Origin: a virus
Taxonomy: Duplodnaviria > Caudoviricetes
Virus record (IMG/VR): IMGVR_UViG_3300029309_000054
Location: 1-55,264 of that record
Reading direction: 5' to 3' (one strand)
Length of the DNA stretch: 55,264 nt
A program made the position numbers and the translations under genes. Shown here piece by piece: positions 47,581 through 55,264 of the stretch. How positions within the stretch are numbered: position 1 is the first letter of the stretch; every line of letters starts with the position of its first letter. The notes under the pieces are model-generated. The model was not told where the DNA came from. It made no database searches and saw nothing but the letters and a program-made list of their open reading frames with translations.

Positions 47581-47738
47581 TGAAAGCCGATGACGTTTTA
47601 AAACTTTTGGAAAAACACGAAGAGGAGTGCGGTAGTCGGTATGCTCAGATACAGAAACAGTTGGATAAGTTAGATCAACGCCTCTGGGGTATAGCGGGCC
47701 TAATAATAGCTGCGGCAGTTGTGCAAAAGGTGTTCTAA
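47580..47738 (+). CDS. Small coiled-coil plus TM protein, 52 aa (not in ORF track)
   Basis: HEEECGSRYAQIQKQLDKLDQRLWGIAGLIIAAAVV; coupled at both ends. Confidence 0.7.
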   Translation: MKADDVLKLLEKHEEECGSRYAQIQKQLDKLDQRLWGIAGLIIAAAVVQKVF

Positions 47739-47971
47739 TGAGAAGTGTGGTAAATTTGGGATCCGGGGCTTGCCCTGTAAAAGCTAAGCCTCAAGCGGTT
47801 GTCCGTATGAAAAAAGGCGGAAAGGTAAAAAGTGGTGGCAAAATTTGTCCGAAAGGAAAGGCATGGGCTAAGCGGACGTTTGATACATACCCGTCAGCCT
47901 ATGCAAATATGGCCGCGTCAAAATACTGTAAAGATCCAAACTACGCTAAAAAGTCCAAGGGGAAAAGTTAA
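47738..47971 (+). CDS. Small basic protein
   Basis: MKKGGKV tag; KICPKGKAWAKR...YPSAYAN. Confidence 0.7.
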   Translation: MRSVVNLGSGACPVKAKPQAVVRMKKGGKVKSGGKICPKGKAWAKRTFDTYPSAYANMAASKYCKDPNYAKKSKGKS

Positions 47972-48099
47972 TGGCTCTGACGAAATCCAAAAAGAACAAG
48001 GTTCGCAAAGTTGTTAAGGGGTTGAACAAAGCTTCTAAATTACACGCTAGCCAAGCAAAAACTTTGAAAAGTGTTTTGGGTAAAAAGAAGTCGGGCTAA
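47971..48099 (+). CDS. Small basic protein, 42 aa (not in ORF track)
   Basis: KVRKVVKGLNKASKLHASQAKTL; TAATG coupling at both ends. Confidence 0.65.
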   Translation: MALTKSKKNKVRKVVKGLNKASKLHASQAKTLKSVLGKKKSG

Positions 48100-48485
48100 T
48101 GGGTCAGCTTAAAGAATGGGTAAAACAGGATTGGGTAAGGATAGGCAGCGATGGTTCTATCAAAGGTAAGTGTGGTACTTCAAAAGATAAGAAAAACCCT
48201 GATCGTTGTCTTCCAAGAGCTAAAGCTAATAGCCTCTCGAAGGCTGAACGCGCTACGACAGCTCGTAAGAAGAAAAAAGCAGGAGCCAAAGGTAAAACCG
48301 TCGTTGCAAACACCAAGCGAGCGAAAGTCACCAACCTTAAAAACGGCGGCGCGGTCGGCTACGAAACGAAAGCCAAAAGGCCGTTCAGGGGCAAAAAAAT
48401 AACCGGGACAGCGGTCGCCCGGGGGTGTGGGGTAGTAATGGCAGACCGCAGGAAACGAACTAAGGGTTCAGTAAGTCAAGCGTAG
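48099..48485 (+). CDS. Basic protein
   Basis: LKEWVKQDWV, CLPRAKA, LKNGGAV and ARGCG motifs. Confidence 0.7.
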   Translation: MGQLKEWVKQDWVRIGSDGSIKGKCGTSKDKKNPDRCLPRAKANSLSKAERATTARKKKKAGAKGKTVVANTKRAKVTNLKNGGAVGYETKAKRPFRGKKITGTAVARGCGVVMADRRKRTKGSVSQA

Positions 48486-48494
48486 GAGCGTAAA

Positions 48495-48794
48495 ATGGCA
48501 AAAGAATTTATGACAATGGATGAGTATGCAGCCACTCTTGTTGGCGGCGGCATGAAGTCTAAAGGCATGGCTAGGGGCGGTAAGGTAAAAGCCAAAGGCA
48601 TGGCTAAAGGTGGCAAGGTAAAAGCCAAAGGCATGGCTAAAGGTGGCAAGGTCGCCAAAATGGCTGGCGGCGGCATGATGAAGAAGAAGGGTTATGCCAA
48701 GGGCGGAAAAGTCAGGGCAAAGGGCATGGCCGCAGGCGGCAAAGTCCGCGGGATGAAGAAGAAGGGTTACGCTAAGGGCGGCAAGGTAAAGTAA
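48495..48794 (+). CDS. Lys/Gly-rich repeat protein
   Basis: Seven (M/Y)AxGG units, six followed by KV; AGGAG RBS. Confidence 0.75.
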   Translation: MAKEFMTMDEYAATLVGGGMKSKGMARGGKVKAKGMAKGGKVKAKGMAKGGKVAKMAGGGMMKKKGYAKGGKVRAKGMAAGGKVRGMKKKGYAKGGKVK

Positions 48795-48795
48795 C

Positions 48796-49473
48796 TTGCC
48801 TTATCTTCAGAGCAATATTCCGCACTTCAAGTGTTGGGTGCGGAAAGAGTACACCTGTAATCATTTGAATTATCATGGTGAGTTTCTTCATGCCATGGCT
48901 ATTGCGGTGACGACCATGCCTAGTCGTTGTTTAAGCTTTCAAATGATATTTACTGGCTGTGAAGCTGACGAAACTGATCAACCCAATGTTCACGGGGGCG
49001 CGATGTGGGCAAGAATGCCCATAACCGCCCTTGTTGGAGACACCCCCCTTGAAGAATGGCCGGAACCTATGCCCGTCCATCTAGCTCAACCTTGGGACTG
49101 CATGTCCCATACACACGCAGTTTATCGTTTAGACCGGGCTCATCCGTGCCCATGGATTGCTAAAATAGGGCCGGAGTTCTATCCGGCCAAATACTATTTT
49201 ACTGTGGATTATACCGAAAGCGAGATTGCGGATGATCCCGCCCAGCACAAACAAAGCCATGTTTTGGAGCTTTTGGATGCGGGTCCGTATACGGGCAATA
49301 TTGTTGCTCTGCCCAATAACCGTGTGCGGGTGACGCATCCAGCGTGGTTTGAAACGGGCGAAGGGCCCCCAGACTTCTTGCCTTCTCAACACATACACTA
49401 TTCAAAATCGGATTTAGACTATACCATGGATGTAAATCAGATTTTTGACAATCTGTATGCGGGGAAAAAGTGA
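48796..49473 (+). CDS. Conserved hypothetical phage protein (TTG start)
   Basis: 225 aa; WVRKEY, AQPWDC, HKQSH and ALPNNR motifs. Confidence 0.7.
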   Translation: MPYLQSNIPHFKCWVRKEYTCNHLNYHGEFLHAMAIAVTTMPSRCLSFQMIFTGCEADETDQPNVHGGAMWARMPITALVGDTPLEEWPEPMPVHLAQPWDCMSHTHAVYRLDRAHPCPWIAKIGPEFYPAKYYFTVDYTESEIADDPAQHKQSHVLELLDAGPYTGNIVALPNNRVRVTHPAWFETGEGPPDFLPSQHIHYSKSDLDYTMDVNQIFDNLYAGKK

Positions 49474-50127
49474 TGGCGACTTCGGGTAGCACAGACTTTG
49501 AGTTAGACGTATCTGACTATATTGAAGAGGCTTTTGAGCGGTGTGGGCTTGAGGTTCGTACTGGCTACGACCTCAAGACAGCGCGAAGATCTATGAATCT
49601 GATGCTGGCCGAGTGGGCTAACCGTGGCCTGAACCAGTGGACCATTGTGGAGCGCACTCAAGCTCTGACGGATGGAACTGCTACATATTCTCTAGGCACG
49701 GACGTGATCGACATCTTGTCTGCTGTAGTTCGCCGTAGCAGCACGGACTTTGCATTGGAGCGTATTAGCAGAGATGCCTACCAAAAGCACAGAGGGCCGT
49801 CCTTCGCAGTTCTTCCTAGATCGTCAGATCACGCCTTCGTTGAAACTTTGGCCCACTCCGGAAAACAGCACGGATGTTGTGTATTATAATGCTTTGACGC
49901 GGATGGATGACGCGGACTCCGCCACTAATACATTGGAAGTTCCGTTTCGGTTCTATCCGTGTCTTGCTGCGGGTCTTGCATATTATATCGCCATGAAGCG
50001 AGCCCCAGACAGGATTCAGCTCTTGAAAGCCGTGTATGAAGAAGAGTTTGAGCGGGCGATGACAGAGGATCGAGACCGAGCGTCATACAGCGTTGTTCCA
50101 CAATATGAGTACTTTAGGGTGGGGTAA
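49473..50127 (+). pseudogene. Head-tail adaptor-like gene split by a +1 frameshift near 49780
   Basis: The first frame reads ...LERISRDAY and the +1 frame continues PTKSTEGRPSQFFLDRQ...; the two halves read as one protein. Confidence 0.65.
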
Positions 50128-50585
50128 TGTCCAAATTCGCTACGGGTAAATATTCCTACGCTATATCAGATAGGTCTGGTTTGCGTTACCGGTACAAAGA
50201 CATGCGCCGGGAGTGGAATGGTTTGCTCGTAGGCAAAGACGAGTATGAAACAAAACACCCACAGCTAGGCCCTTTCAGAACACCCACCGATGCTCAAGCG
50301 TTAAAGGATGCTCGTCCATTTAACGACAGCATATCGGTCAACATAAATTTTCCAACATTCAACTTGACTACGGTTGAGTACATCTCAATTCCTAAAATGC
50401 ATGCTTTGGTGGGCTTTGTTTCCATTTCAGGAGCGATTCCTGTTCAACCAATCACGGTTTCGTTAACGGGCGTTTCCGCAACCATCAGTCTAGGCTCCTT
50501 GTCTGTAAGCGCCACCGTAGTATCGACCTTTGATTCAACAGGCGTTACATTAGACTCCACTAACAAGACTTTTGACGAGGGCTAG
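50127..50585 (+). CDS. Virion-associated protein
   Basis: AISDRSGLRY...EWNGLLVG..EYETKHPQL; FDSTxxTxD tail. Confidence 0.7.
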   Translation: MSKFATGKYSYAISDRSGLRYRYKDMRREWNGLLVGKDEYETKHPQLGPFRTPTDAQALKDARPFNDSISVNINFPTFNLTTVEYISIPKMHALVGFVSISGAIPVQPITVSLTGVSATISLGSLSVSATVVSTFDSTGVTLDSTNKTFDEG

Positions 50586-51239
50586 ATGGCAAAACAGGCA
50601 ATAGGTATAGGGTCGAGCGCCAATGACGGAAGCGGGGACACTCTCCGTGTCGGTGCCGATAAAATAAACGACAATTTTAACGAAATTTACGCTGCGCTAG
50701 GAAACAGTTCTAGCGTGTTAACTGACATCATAGATGCAAATGGACTTTTTGATGTTAGCTCTGGTGCCAATAAGATCGTATTTTACTATGCCAACCTAAG
50801 TGATTTGCCCAGTGCATCAACTTATCATGGGGCTGTGGCTCATGTTCACGCTACCGGTGGTCTCTATTTTGCTCATGGAGGTGCTTGGATAAGATTGAAT
50901 GATGAAACTACAGGGCCAGTGACAAAGTATACTGCTGGTACTAGTGGAAGTTCGGCTTACACATTCACCGGTCCGGGAGCTACTTCAGGCAATAACCCAA
51001 ATTTCACCTTCTATAAGGGTCATACCTACCTGATTGACAACACTGCCAACGTAAGTAGTCACCCTTTGCAAATTAGAACATCTAATGGTGGCTCTGCCTT
51101 TACAACCGGGGTGACAGAGAACTACAACTCAACAACCGGACTGACTCAGTTTATCGTTCCACATGAGCCAAGCGACACATCTTTGGTGTATCAATGCACC
51201 AACCATAGCAGTATGGTCGGCAACATAACGATAGTGTAG
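50586..51239 (+). CDS. Tail/baseplate-like protein with cupredoxin-like C-terminus
   Basis: IGSSANDGSGDTLR..ADKINDNFNEIY N-terminal motif; LVYQCTNHSSMVGNI. Confidence 0.7.
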   Translation: MAKQAIGIGSSANDGSGDTLRVGADKINDNFNEIYAALGNSSSVLTDIIDANGLFDVSSGANKIVFYYANLSDLPSASTYHGAVAHVHATGGLYFAHGGAWIRLNDETTGPVTKYTAGTSGSSAYTFTGPGATSGNNPNFTFYKGHTYLIDNTANVSSHPLQIRTSNGGSAFTTGVTENYNSTTGLTQFIVPHEPSDTSLVYQCTNHSSMVGNITIV

Positions 51240-51250
51240 GAATATTTGAT

Positions 51251-51676
51251 ATGGCTATAACAACAGCAGTCTGCACGAGTTTCAAAAAAGAACTTCTTGA
51301 GGGTGTTCATAATTTCGCGGGAGGCGGGGACACTTTCAAGGTTGCATTGTACACAAGCAGCGCAAGCCTTGGCGCAGACACCACGGCATATACAACCAGT
51401 AATGAAGTGAGCGGCACCGGTTATAGTGCGGGTGGAGCGACTATGACAGCAGTTGCTCCAACAACGAGTGGGACGACAGCGTTTGTGGATTTTAATGATG
51501 TGACTTTCTCAAGTTCAACAATCACTGCGCGAGGTTGTTTGATTTACAACAGCAGTGACTCAAACAAAGCTGTTGCAGTGTTTGATTTTGGATCTGATCA
51601 AGCGTCCAGTAGCTCAAACTTCACAATCACCTTCCCGACAGCGGACGCAACTAGTGCGATTGTAAGGATTGCTTGA
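51251..51676 (+). CDS. Tail structural protein
   Basis: SFKKELL, FKVALYT, NEVSGTGYSAGG and DFGSD motifs. Confidence 0.75.
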   Translation: MAITTAVCTSFKKELLEGVHNFAGGGDTFKVALYTSSASLGADTTAYTTSNEVSGTGYSAGGATMTAVAPTTSGTTAFVDFNDVTFSSSTITARGCLIYNSSDSNKAVAVFDFGSDQASSSSNFTITFPTADATSAIVRIA

Positions 51677-52323
51677 TGTCTTTTACCTACGCGCAACTAA
51701 AAACAGCAATTCAAGATTACACGGAGAACACTGAAACGTCTTTCGTGACGAATCTCCCTGTTTTTATTCGTGCTGCTGAAGATCGTATATTTAAACTCGT
51801 TGATTTGGAGTTTTTTAGAAAAAACGCCACAAGTGCTTTGACGCAAAACGATCAGTATCTTTCAGTGCCTACTGATTATCTAGCCTCTTTTTCTCTGTCG
51901 ATAACAAACAGCAATTTAAAAGAATTTTTGCTACAAAAAGATGTGAATTTTATTCACGAGTTTCACCCAAACGCCGCGTCAACGGGTACTCCAAAATACT
52001 ATGCGTATTTTGACGTAGACAACTTCATCGTCGCACCGACCCCGGATAGCGCGTACACCTGTGAGCTTCATTACTATTATCGCCCGGCATCTTTGACCGC
52101 AGGAGCGGACGGCGGCACCACATGGCTTAGTGACAACGCCCCTAACGCCTTGCTTTACGGTTCGTTGTATGAAGCGTATATTTATATGAAAGGTGAACAG
52201 GACATGCTTCAGATGTACGAGAAGCAGTTCACCGAAGCCTTGTCTCGGATTAAAGATCTGGCAGAAGCTAGGGAAAACAGTGATGCGTATCGCAGAGGTC
52301 TGCCGGATCGGCCTCGGACATAA
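51676..52323 (+). CDS. Head-tail adaptor / tail tubular protein
   Basis: TYAQLKTAIQDY, GTPKYYA, APTPD and WLSDNAPNALLYGSL motifs. Confidence 0.75.
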   Translation: MSFTYAQLKTAIQDYTENTETSFVTNLPVFIRAAEDRIFKLVDLEFFRKNATSALTQNDQYLSVPTDYLASFSLSITNSNLKEFLLQKDVNFIHEFHPNAASTGTPKYYAYFDVDNFIVAPTPDSAYTCELHYYYRPASLTAGADGGTTWLSDNAPNALLYGSLYEAYIYMKGEQDMLQMYEKQFTEALSRIKDLAEARENSDAYRRGLPDRPRT

Positions 52324-52333
52324 GGAGTAAAAG

Positions 52334-52777
52334 ATGGCAACATCAAATGCAGCAACCACTTACTTGGAGAACAAGCTACTTAGCCTGATCTTCAAGAACA
52401 ACGCCGGGAGCTTTTCAACTCCGGGTGATTCTATTTATGTCGGTTTGGCTACGGCGGTGGGCAACGCAGAAGCGGGAACTGTAACCGAGGTCAACACCTC
52501 TACACAGGACGCGAACTATGTTCGCAAGCAAGTGACCGCAGCTAATTGGACACTGGCATCCTCTTCCACAGATCAACAGACAGTTGTAAATGCGGCTAAC
52601 ATTGAGTTTCCAGCCTCAAGCGGAGTAGCCACCTACACTGTGACACATGCTTTCCTCGCAGATGCATCAAGCAGCGGAAACATCTTGTTTGTTGGCGCAC
52701 TAGACGCATCGAAGGCGATTGCATCGGGCGACATTTTCCGCATCAATGCAGGGAACCTTACCATTGAGTTGAAGTAA
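52334..52777 (+). CDS. Tail structural protein
   Basis: YLENKLL, IEFP and DASSSGNILF motifs. Confidence 0.7.
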   Translation: MATSNAATTYLENKLLSLIFKNNAGSFSTPGDSIYVGLATAVGNAEAGTVTEVNTSTQDANYVRKQVTAANWTLASSSTDQQTVVNAANIEFPASSGVATYTVTHAFLADASSSGNILFVGALDASKAIASGDIFRINAGNLTIELK

Positions 52778-53149
52778 ATGGCACTTGTTTTGAAAGATCG
52801 TCTGAAGGAGACGACCACTACAACCGGCACTGGCACTTATACACTCGCTGGTGCCGTTACTGGTTTTGAGGCGTTTTCGCAAGTTGGGAACGGGAACACG
52901 ACCTATTACTGCTGCACGGATGGTACAGACTTTGAGATTGGAATCGGAACCTATACGTCGTCAGGCACGACGCTGGCTCGTACCACGATCCTACAAAGCT
53001 CTAACAGTGACAACGCTGTTAGCTGGTCCTCTGGTACGCGCACTGTCTTCTGTACGCTGCCTGCTGAAAAGATGATCTTTAATGACGCCAGCAACGCTAT
53101 CCAAGGTTTTACGGATAACTCTCTGGCATTCGCGATAGCGTTAGGATAG
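52778..53149 (+). CDS. Tail structural protein
   Basis: DRLKETTTTTGTG, FEIGIGTY and AFAIALG motifs. Confidence 0.7.
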   Translation: MALVLKDRLKETTTTTGTGTYTLAGAVTGFEAFSQVGNGNTTYYCCTDGTDFEIGIGTYTSSGTTLARTTILQSSNSDNAVSWSSGTRTVFCTLPAEKMIFNDASNAIQGFTDNSLAFAIALG

Positions 53150-53153
53150 TGAC

Positions 53154-53483
53154 ATGGCAAATGCGTTTAAGACTTTCACAGACACGGCGGTAGGCACCGG
53201 AAACGCAGATGTCTACACCTGCCCCTCTGCTACAGAGACAACGATCATCGGCTTAAACATAGCCAACATCCTAACCGTCTCTATCACGGTCAATGTTCAG
53301 CTTATCAACAACGATGGCGACAACGTCCACATCGTCAAGTCGGCTATCGTGCCTGTAGGCTCGTCGCTTGTTGCGGCGGGTGGCGACCAGAAGATTGTGA
53401 TGAACGCGAGTGATGTTCTGCGGATTACCGCAAGTCAGGCGTCCGCTGCTGATGTTACCCTGTCGGTACTGGAGATTACCTGA
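53154..53483 (+). CDS. Tail structural protein
   Basis: MANAFK...YTCP...GGDQKIV...SVLEIT. Confidence 0.7.
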   Translation: MANAFKTFTDTAVGTGNADVYTCPSATETTIIGLNIANILTVSITVNVQLINNDGDNVHIVKSAIVPVGSSLVAAGGDQKIVMNASDVLRITASQASAADVTLSVLEIT

Positions 53484-54496
53484 TGGCTCTGAGCACAGTG
53501 GGACCAAATCAAATGCAAATGGACACAATAGTCCAGACGCATTCTGCTAACCCATCAAATCCTTCGACTGGTGATGTTTATTACAACAATGTCATTGAAG
53601 CATTGCTTGTTTACAACGGCAGTGCTTGGGTGTTTACCGACAGTTTGTTAGACGCAAGTGGTGGTGACGTAAATGATTACACTGCCAGTAGTACGCTGTA
53701 TCGCTCTCATACCTTTTTGACTTCTGGTCGCTTTTACTTAGCCGCCGCAAAAACTGTTGACATTTTGGTTGTCGCTGGCGGTGGTGGGGGAAGAGGTTCA
53801 TTTCAAAGTCCCGGTGGCGGAGGCGGCGGGGCAGGTGGCTTTCAAACATTTACCAGTCAGTCACTTTCCATAGGCTCTTATGAGGTTACTGTAGGGCAAG
53901 GAGGTGCTGGAGGAACAGGTGAAAGTGCCGGAGAGCAAGCCTTAAATGGCGGAAACAGTCAGTTTGGCACGTTGACGGCGTCTGTTGGGGGTGGTGCTGG
54001 TGGCGGATACAATGGTCAAGATGCTGGCGATGGCGGCTCTGGTGGAGGAGAAGGTTTTGGTGCTGGGAACGGTTTAGGAACATCAGGCCAAGGAAATAAT
54101 GGCGGAACTGCCGCACAAGGCAGCCTTCAAAACGGTGCTGGCGGCGGCGGAGCAGGAGCGGCAGGAACTAATGCCGCTAACACAACAATGGGTGCTGGAG
54201 ATGGCGGAGACGGCCTTTCAAACGACTATAGAACGGGGGTTGCTCTTTGGTACGCTGGTGGTGGCGGAGGTGGCGGAGGCTATGGCGGCGGCAAGTCATC
54301 TAGAGGCGGCAGAGGCGGCGGCGGCAATGGAGCTTCAACAGGTGCAGATTTTAATGTAGCTGATGGTAAGGACGCGACCCCAAGCACTGGAGGTGGCGGA
54401 GGCGGCGGCGGTGGTCCTACTGGTGACATTGACCAAAATGATTGTAGGGGAGGAAACGGCGGCGCAGGTATCGTGGTTGTGAGGTACACAAGATGA
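53483..54496 (+). CDS. Glycine-rich tail fibre-like protein
   Basis: HTFLTSG, LVVAGGGGG, poly-Gly tracts and GIVVVRY C-terminus. Confidence 0.75.
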   Translation: MALSTVGPNQMQMDTIVQTHSANPSNPSTGDVYYNNVIEALLVYNGSAWVFTDSLLDASGGDVNDYTASSTLYRSHTFLTSGRFYLAAAKTVDILVVAGGGGGRGSFQSPGGGGGGAGGFQTFTSQSLSIGSYEVTVGQGGAGGTGESAGEQALNGGNSQFGTLTASVGGGAGGGYNGQDAGDGGSGGGEGFGAGNGLGTSGQGNNGGTAAQGSLQNGAGGGGAGAAGTNAANTTMGAGDGGDGLSNDYRTGVALWYAGGGGGGGGYGGGKSSRGGRGGGGNGASTGADFNVADGKDATPSTGGGGGGGGGPTGDIDQNDCRGGNGGAGIVVVRYTR

Positions 54497-55264
54497 GCTA
54501 TATTGGCAAAGCCCCCAACACAGCGATAGTAAACCAGACAACGAGCCAGTCGTTTAACGGCACTGGTTCTGCGACTGCGTTTACGCTGAACAGGTCCGTC
54601 AATGTAGGCGAAGACCTAGAGGTATTTGTCAACAACGTCCAGCAAGAACCGGGGTCCGGCAAGTCCTACACCGCATCCGGCACGACACTGACGTTTGACG
54701 AGGCACCGCCGTCAGGCACCGGTAATGTGTATGTCATTTACCGTGGTGAGGCGACCATCAACCCACGCCTTGAGCATGACGCTAACGCTGCGCTGTCGGC
54801 AACGACGGGTACGTTTAGTGGCGCGGTTTCTGCGACGAACGGCACTTTCAGCGGAAACGTAGATGTTGATGGCACAACCACTGTCGATGGACTGACATCT
54901 GATGGAGACATAAATGTCAGTGTAAGTAATTTCATTCATTTTTTGGATAGTTCCAGCACAAAATCAATGACCTTGAGAAATTGGTCATCCTCTACTAATT
55001 CCGCCGCCATTGAGATTGACCCAGATCAATCAGGGTCATCGTCTTATTTGCGTATAGGGGTTGATGGCAGTGAAGTGGCTCGTTTTCTTGGCTATGGCGG
55101 CGGTGGCCTCACCTTCAACGGCGACACGGCGGCTGTAAATGCGCTGAATGATTATGAGGAGGGTACTTGGACGCCATCTTATACAACAACAGACGGCACT
55201 GGTTTTAGTAGCATAGGACACCACGCCCAATACGGGCGTTACGTCAGAGTTGGAAAGCAAGTCC
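54493..55264 (+). CDS. Tail fibre protein (partial, runs off the window; not in ORF track)
   Basis: MSYIGKAP...FNGTGSATAFTL...VFVNNVQQEP...DYEEGTWTP...YVRVGKQV. Confidence 0.8.
   Translation, partial: MSYIGKAPNTAIVNQTTSQSFNGTGSATAFTLNRSVNVGEDLEVFVNNVQQEPGSGKSYTASGTTLTFDEAPPSGTGNVYVIYRGEATINPRLEHDANAALSATTGTFSGAVSATNGTFSGNVDVDGTTTVDGLTSDGDINVSVSNFIHFLDSSSTKSMTLRNWSSSTNSAAIEIDPDQSGSSSYLRIGVDGSEVARFLGYGGGGLTFNGDTAAVNALNDYEEGTWTPSYTTTDGTGFSSIGHHAQYGRYVRVGKQV

Larger units (their letters stand above)
1..55264. mobile_element. Tailed dsDNA bacteriophage genome, near-complete and circularly permuted
   Basis: Terminase, portal, major capsid, tail, lysis and replication genes are all present. No host housekeeping genes were seen. 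Both window ends fall in the tail-fibre cluster. Confidence 0.97.

Noticed and set aside
53770-54470. GGC/GGT-rich low-complexity DNA
   Set aside because: Explained by poly-glycine coding in a tail-fibre-like protein.
444-55260. Numerous antisense and alternate-frame ORFs in the track
   Set aside because: They are shadows of well-supported genes and lack recognisable motifs or RBSs.

Overview
This window looks like a nearly complete, circularly permuted genome of a tailed dsDNA phage. It begins and ends inside the tail-fibre cluster. Gene content resembles marine environmental phages, and an alphaproteobacterial host is inferred but not proven. Modules in order: tail and tail-fibre genes (1-6 kb); putative ejection/internal virion proteins (6-16.4 kb); replication (SNF2 helicase, SSB, primase, UvrD-like helicase, family A DNA polymerase; 16.4-25.3 kb); small promoter-gene-terminator cassettes with a GIY-YIG endonuclease, an origin-like palindrome and TerS (25.3-35.5 kb); then TerL, portal, lysis genes, GroES, scaffold, capsid, small basic proteins and tail genes (35.6-55.3 kb). 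No integrase, tRNA or CRISPR array was seen. The strongest signals are non-coding. (1) A ~45-nt sRNA candidate with its own promoter and terminator (26785-26830) has a seed complementary to a ribosome-binding leader shared by about 9 phage genes. (2) A recurring operator-like box TATR(C/G)GAYAA lies in the cassette promoters, next to a small RHH regulator. (3) A second anti-Shine-Dalgarno RNA candidate follows polA. (4) A 3.6-kb block almost lacks GAG/CTC and ends at a GC-rich repeat and a perfect chromosomal parS site. (5) A multi-pseudoknot RNA follows the capsid gene. (6) A hydrophobic-x-x-G-G-x-V peptide tag recurs across several virion-associated proteins. All family assignments are from motif recognition by eye; no database searches were run.
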